From: an uncultured Chromatiales bacterium
GTDB lineage: Bacteria > Pseudomonadota > Gammaproteobacteria > Chromatiales > Chromatiaceae
DNA: 64,000 nucleotides
Assembly: GCA_965368585.1 (NCBI GenBank)
Contig: CBDUNM010000011.1
Location: 139 to 64,138 of the forward strand
Direction: 5' to 3'
Shown: piece by piece, positions 59,322-64,000 of the stretch
Position numbering within the stretch: the first letter of the stretch is position 1
How the letters are laid out: every line of letters starts with the position of its first letter
Notes under the pieces: model-generated
What the model saw: the letters and a program-made list of their open reading frames with translations, nothing else
Told to the model about the DNA's origin: nothing
The model's database searches: none
Translations under genes and position numbers: made by a program

Positions 59322-59609
59322 ATGAATATCGCAGGGCGCGTCGGCGTCGCACTGGCAGCCTTGGTGTGTACGCATGCGGCGTCTTTGTATTTTCGCACCG
59401 GCGTTATCGAGCGCGACCTGCAACGGCAAACCAGGGCCGCGCTCGATAATCGCGGTTTTGCACGTATCGCCATCCACATGAGCGGCAGAGACATGACCCT
59501 GACCGGGCGGGTTGCCGACCGCAATGCGGCGGCGCGGGCCATGTCGCTGGCATCGCGCTCCGAGGGTGTGCGCGTGGTCCATGATCAATTGCGGCTCGAC
59601 CGCAACTAG
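59322..59609 (+). CDS. BON domain-containing small protein
   Basis: ATG at 59322 (MNIAGRVGVALAALV). RDMTLTGRVADRNAAARAMSLASRSEGVRVVHDQL is BON-like. Confidence 0.65.
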   Translation: MNIAGRVGVALAALVCTHAASLYFRTGVIERDLQRQTRAALDNRGFARIAIHMSGRDMTLTGRVADRNAAARAMSLASRSEGVRVVHDQLRLDRN

Positions 59610-59629
59610 CCTAGGGAGAAACACTCGGC

Positions 59630-60394
59630 ATGTGGTATCTGATTGCTCAAACGGCGGTCTTCATCCTGATCGCCGCCGTCATTGGATTCTGGCTGGGCTG
59701 GTATCTCGGCAAGATGAGCGGTCAAACCGACCTTGACCTGCTGGAAACGCGGCTGGCCAGTTGTCGCAACGCCCGCAAGGACGACAAGGCACAGGTCAAA
59801 AAGCTCGAGCAACAACTGCAGGAGCATGCGCGGCAATTCGAGGTCTACGCGGGGGAACAGGCGCGGCCGGCTGCGGCCGGAGACAACGACTTGGACTTGC
59901 TCAAGGAACGTCTGGTCGAGTCCGCGCAGCGGGAGGAAGCGTTCGCGGCACGCATCAAACAACTCGAACAGCAGTCACTGGCGCAAGCGAAAAAACTCGA
60001 TGCCTGCGAAGCGGCGCGGGTGGAGCAGACCGCCGAGTTGGAGCGCCTGCAATTGCGTATGAGTGAAACAAAGGCTGCCGTTGCGGCGCCGCCAGGCGCA
60101 GGTGCACAGCCGGGCGTAGCGGGCAGTGCCGCCCGCGCGAACATGAACATCGAGGAGCGGCGCCCGACGACGCTGTTGTCGGCCCCTGAGGGTGCGCCCG
60201 ACGACCTGAAAAAGATCAAGGGGGTGGGTCCGCGTCTCGAGTCGCTACTGCATGAACTGGGTATTTTTCATTTCCACCAGATCGCCGCATTTACACCGGG
60301 GGACATCGCCTGGGTCAACGAGCGTCTGAGCTTCAAGGGCCGTATAGAGCGCGAGAAATGGGTCGAGCAGGCGAAAAACTTCGCTGACCACTAG
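59630..60394 (+). CDS. Membrane-anchored coiled-coil protein with a C-terminal helix-hairpin-helix-like domain
   Basis: N-terminal TM segment, a long coiled coil, and C-terminal DDLKKIKGVGPRLESLLHELGIFHFHQIAAFTPGDIAWVNERLSFKGRIEREKWVEQA. Confidence 0.75.
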   Translation: MWYLIAQTAVFILIAAVIGFWLGWYLGKMSGQTDLDLLETRLASCRNARKDDKAQVKKLEQQLQEHARQFEVYAGEQARPAAAGDNDLDLLKERLVESAQREEAFAARIKQLEQQSLAQAKKLDACEAARVEQTAELERLQLRMSETKAAVAAPPGAGAQPGVAGSAARANMNIEERRPTTLLSAPEGAPDDLKKIKGVGPRLESLLHELGIFHFHQIAAFTPGDIAWVNERLSFKGRIEREKWVEQAKNFADH

Positions 60395-60506
60395 TCGTCC
60401 TGGCTGCCCGTTAGTTTCAGCCATGACAATCACGTCGGTAGCCGCGACAGTGTGCGGAAAGACTTGCAGGTAATCAGGTTGCGCTAGAGATGAGGCTTGT
60501 TCTCGT

Positions 60507-61550
60507 TCAAAATGACTGCGTCAGCACGATGAGTTCGTCGAGACGATTGCGTGCCGCGCCGCTCTTGATGGCCGCGTCAGCCTGGGCGACGCCTGCCTTC
60601 AATGATCCGGCGACTCCCGCCGCGTAGATGGCCGCGCCGGCGTTCAGCGCCACGATGTCGCGCGCCGGACCAGCATGGTCCTCCAACACCGAACGGATGA
60701 TGGCCAGGCTGTGCGCCGCATCGTCGGCACGAATCTCGGAAATCGGCTCGCGCTGCAGGCCGAACTCCTCGGGCTTTATACTGAACCGGCGGATCTGGCC
60801 GTTTTTCAGTTCCGCCACGTCGGTTTCGTCGCCGATCGAAATTTCGTCGAGACCGTCGCGGGCATGTACCACCAGCACGTGTCGGGAACCGAGTCGCTGC
60901 AACACCTCCGCCAGCGGCTCCAACAAGTCCGCGCTGAACACACCCAGCACCTGGTTGGGCGCGCCGGCAGGATTGGTCAGCGGCCCCAGCACGTTGAACA
61001 CGGTGCGTGTCGCCATCTCCTTGCGCGGTCCGATCGCATGCTTCATGGCGCCGTGATGCGCCGGCGCGAACATGAACCCCACGCCGACCTGGGCGATACA
61101 AGCCGCCACTTGCTCCGGCGTGAGATCGAGACGCACGCCGGCGGCCTCGAGGACATCGGCTGAACCGGATTTGGACGAAATCGAGCGATTGCCGTGCTTG
61201 GCCACCCGAGCCCCGGCCGCCGCACTGACAAAGGCCGCCGCAGTGGAAATATTGAAGGTGCCGGATGCGTCGCCACCGGTGCCACAGGTATCCACCAGGT
61301 GCTCGGCGTGCACATCCACCCGGGTCGCGAGTTCGCGCATGACCGTGGCGGCCGCCGCAATTTCCGCGACGGTCTCGCCCTTCATGCGCAGTCCGACCAG
61401 GAACCCGCCAATCTGCGCTGGTGTGGCGCCACCCGTCATGATGGTGCGCATTACCTGGGTCATGTTGTCGGCGGTCAGGTCTTCTCGACGGATGACCTTG
61501 TTGATTGCTTGTTGCAGGTCCACACTGGTCCCTCGTCTACTTGTTCTCAA
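60507..61550 (-). CDS. trpD: Anthranilate phosphoribosyltransferase
   Basis: [39 protein letters not shown]. The start is at 61550 (overlapping trpG) or the GTG at 61523. Confidence 0.93.
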   Translation of the reverse strand: MRTSRRGTSVDLQQAINKVIRREDLTADNMTQVMRTIMTGGATPAQIGGFLVGLRMKGETVAEIAAAATVMRELATRVDVHAEHLVDTCGTGGDASGTFNISTAAAFVSAAAGARVAKHGNRSISSKSGSADVLEAAGVRLDLTPEQVAACIAQVGVGFMFAPAHHGAMKHAIGPRKEMATRTVFNVLGPLTNPAGAPNQVLGVFSADLLEPLAEVLQRLGSRHVLVVHARDGLDEISIGDETDVAELKNGQIRRFSIKPEEFGLQREPISEIRADDAAHSLAIIRSVLEDHAGPARDIVALNAGAAIYAAGVAGSLKAGVAQADAAIKSGAARNRLDELIVLTQSF

Positions 61551-62115
61551 GGAAATTCTGCAGCATCCGGTGGCCGTGTTCGGTCAATATGGACTCCGGA
61601 TGGAACTGCACACCCTGGATAGGGAGTTGTTTGTGACGCACGCCCATGATCTCGTCGGGTCGATCGTCGCGCTCCGTCCAGGCCGTCACTTCGAGGCAAG
61701 CCGGTAGGGTCTCGCGTTCGATGACCAGCGAGTGGTAGCGTGTCGCATCGAAGGGATTGGCGAGCCCCGAGAACACGCCGCCGCTGCAGTGATAAATAGG
61801 CGAGATTTTGCCATGCATGACCTCGCGCGCGTGCACGATCCTCCCGCCGAACGCCTGGCCGATCGATTGATGTCCCAGGCAGACACCGAGAATCGGCAAT
61901 TCTCCGGCGAAGTGTTTGATCGCCTCGATCGATACGCCCGCCTCGTTCGGCGTACAGGGACCCGGAGAAATCACCAGCTGTTCCGGGCGCAGGGCCGCGA
62001 TCTGCGCGACTGAAACTTCATCGTTGCGGAAGACCTGCACATCCACGCCCAACTCACCGAAGTATTGCACCAGATTGAAGGTGAAGGAATCGTAGTTATC
62101 GATCATCAGCAACAT
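61537..62115 (-). CDS. trpG: Anthranilate synthase component II (glutamine amidotransferase)
   Basis: [32 protein letters not shown]. Confidence 0.93.
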   Translation of the reverse strand: MLLMIDNYDSFTFNLVQYFGELGVDVQVFRNDEVSVAQIAALRPEQLVISPGPCTPNEAGVSIEAIKHFAGELPILGVCLGHQSIGQAFGGRIVHAREVMHGKISPIYHCSGGVFSGLANPFDATRYHSLVIERETLPACLEVTAWTERDDRPDEIMGVRHKQLPIQGVQFHPESILTEHGHRMLQNFLENK

Positions 62116-62117
62116 GA

Positions 62118-63620
62118 TCAGGGCACCTCGTCAAAGGCGCAGGGGTGGCGGTCTATGCCCGCCTCGGCCAGAGTAACCGCTCGAAATACCGCACGGCCCT
62201 TGTTCATGGTTTCTTTCCATTCCAGCTCCGGCCTGGAATCGGCGACCACCCCCGCTCCGGCCTGGATATGCAGCTGGCCGCCCTTGATGACGGCGGTGCG
62301 AATGGCAATCGCCGTATCCATGTTGCCGCCCCAATCGAGATAGCCCACGGCGCCCGAGTAAATGCCGCGCTTGACCGGCTCCAGTTCGTCGATTATCTCC
62401 ATGGCCCGAATCTTCGGCGCACCGGATACCGTTCCGGCCGGAAAGGTCGCGCGCAGCACGTCGATCGCACTCATCCCGCTGCGCAATTCGCCGACGACAT
62501 TGGAAACGATATGCATCACATGCGAATAACGCTCGACCATCATTTTGTCGGTGACACGAACCGACCCGATGTCGGCCACCCGGCCCGCGTCGTTGCGCCC
62601 GAGATCGATCAGCATCAGATGTTCGGCGATCTCTTTCGGGTCGGCGAGCAGCTCAACCTCGAGCGCACGATCCTCGTCTTCGGTGTAACCACGGCGCCGC
62701 GTACCCGCTATCGGCCTGACCGTCACCTCGCCGTCTTCGAGCCGCACGAGTATCTCGGGCGAGGACCCGACGACCTGGAAATCGTCAAAATCGAGAAAGT
62801 ACATGTAAGGTGAGGGGTTCAATCCGCGCAAGGCACGATACAGGTCCAGCGGTCGCGCGTTGAACGGAATCGTCAGACGCTGCGACAACACCACCTGCAT
62901 GCAATCGCCGTCGAGGATGTATTCCTTGATCCGGGCGACCGCCTGCTTGAAACCTGCTTCCGAAAACCCGGATATGAAATCGGCCTCGGTTACGGTTCGG
63001 GCCGACCTGCCCGGTTCTCTCGGTGCACCGCGCTGCATACGCTCGGTCAAGTCGCTGATACGCGTGTGCGCCGATTCCAGCGTATCGCCTTGAGCGGGGT
63101 CGGCGTGGACGATGATGTACATTCGGTCGGCCAGGTTGTCGAACACCACCAATTCGTCCGAGACCATCAACAGAATGTCGGGTGTACCGATTTGGTCCGG
63201 ATTGGGGCAGTGGGCGAGACGGGGTTCGATATAGCGAATGGTGTCGTAACCGAAATAACCGACCAGACCGCCGCTGAACCGTGGCTGCCCCTGAATCTCC
63301 GGCACCTCGAAGCGCCGTAAAAACGCGTCGATGAAGGCCAGCGGGTCCGCGACGTCGTGCTCTTCGACGACCTCATTGTTGGTCTCGATCACGACGCGAT
63401 GCCCGAAAACCCGCAAACGGGTTCGGCAGGGCAATCCGATAATGGAGTAACGGCCCCATTTTTCGCCCCCGTGAACGGATTCGAAAAGGTAACCGTAGGG
63501 ACCGTCTACCAGTTTTAGATATACGCTCAGGGGGGTGTCGAGGTCCGCCAGCACTTCGCAGACGACGGGGATTCGATTAAAGCCCTCGTCGACCAGGGCG
63601 TTAAATTGTTCAGGTGTCAT
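62118..63620 (-). CDS. trpE: Anthranilate synthase component I
   Basis: [42 protein letters not shown]. Confidence 0.95.
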   Translation of the reverse strand: MTPEQFNALVDEGFNRIPVVCEVLADLDTPLSVYLKLVDGPYGYLFESVHGGEKWGRYSIIGLPCRTRLRVFGHRVVIETNNEVVEEHDVADPLAFIDAFLRRFEVPEIQGQPRFSGGLVGYFGYDTIRYIEPRLAHCPNPDQIGTPDILLMVSDELVVFDNLADRMYIIVHADPAQGDTLESAHTRISDLTERMQRGAPREPGRSARTVTEADFISGFSEAGFKQAVARIKEYILDGDCMQVVLSQRLTIPFNARPLDLYRALRGLNPSPYMYFLDFDDFQVVGSSPEILVRLEDGEVTVRPIAGTRRRGYTEDEDRALEVELLADPKEIAEHLMLIDLGRNDAGRVADIGSVRVTDKMMVERYSHVMHIVSNVVGELRSGMSAIDVLRATFPAGTVSGAPKIRAMEIIDELEPVKRGIYSGAVGYLDWGGNMDTAIAIRTAVIKGGQLHIQAGAGVVADSRPELEWKETMNKGRAVFRAVTLAEAGIDRHPCAFDEVP

Positions 63621-64000
63621 GAGCGTCTCCGCACAACAGGGTCCATCGATGGTGCCAGTTGGTTCAACTAGCTACGCCATCGTGGTCCCGTAGCTTTCGC
63701 GTCGTGGTCGGAGAGCAGCGCCATGCGGTGGTTGAGTCATTTGTTTCGATTTACGCAACATAACCAAAAACGGGCCGCGCGCCAAGCAGTGTCGCGTGCT
63801 GCGGCGCCCCGCTCTTCTTTACCCTACGTCGCCGGTCGCGACGCTTCAGTACCGGCCGGGTTCGTAAAATTAGAGGCCGCCTTCTGGTCGATTAGACTTC
63901 GTTGAGACACCCATTACCGGGTGCGTTCGGCTCCTGCGGCTGCCGATGTTTGTTGCGGGACCGCGCATTCACGCCGGGGAGGACGGAGTGGCTGGCGGGA

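Noticed and set aside
63621-63800. Search for a trp leader peptide or attenuator upstream of trpE.
   Set aside because: The short upstream ORFs (MTQPPHGAALRPRRESYGTTMA and [18 protein letters not shown]) lack tandem Trp codons. A hairpin (GCTACG..CGTAGC) is present, but there is no terminator/antiterminator pair I could justify.

Overview
This is a high-GC (roughly 60%) chromosomal segment of a gammaproteobacterium. It is probably a sulfur-oxidising aerobe or microaerobe, given flavocytochrome c sulfide dehydrogenase fccAB, a periplasmic rhodanese, two DUF302 genes, a ba3-type haem-copper oxidase and O2-dependent hemF/ubiH/ubiI. Most of the window is ordinary core synteny: ssrS(6S RNA)-zapA-zapB-like; ygfB-pepP-ubiH-ubiI; arfB-trkH-trkA-ntrX-ntrY-DUF4390-rsmB-fmt-def; LysM-dprA-smg-topA-tsaC-hemF; hemCDXY; lrp/leuA; dacB; cca; speD; OsmC(yhfA-like)/crp; ccoI; psiE; cbaD-cbaB-cbaA plus a dihaem cytochrome c plus fccAB; and trpC and trpD-trpG-trpE. 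I saw no rRNA, tRNA or CRISPR array. The accessory or unusual content is as follows. (1) An IS4/IS1634-like transposase gene at the left edge, broken by a 71-bp internal duplication and lying next to 6S RNA. (2) A family of about 160-bp MITEs with GAGGCTGTCCGAGAA-type terminal inverted repeats: one copy with a clean CTAG duplication at 31186-31353, and an inverted copy plus an abutting solo end at 41680-41885. (3) Immediately downstream of those ends, an orphan 430-aa gene whose N-terminus looks like a nucleoside-deoxyribosyltransferase/TIR-like fold and whose C-terminus looks like an ASK1-type TPR (DUF4071/MAP3K_TRAF_bd-like). This is my best candidate for an uncharacterised conflict or signalling protein. 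(4) A self-contained unit made of a sigma-54-type promoter, an 88-aa double-glycine-leader peptide and an intrinsic terminator. (5) An ECF sigma gene behind a second sigma-54-type promoter, followed by a decayed response-regulator pseudogene. (6) A remnant of a thrombospondin-type-3 repeat gene. All functional calls come from reading translated motifs and from remembered family signatures and synteny. No database search was run.
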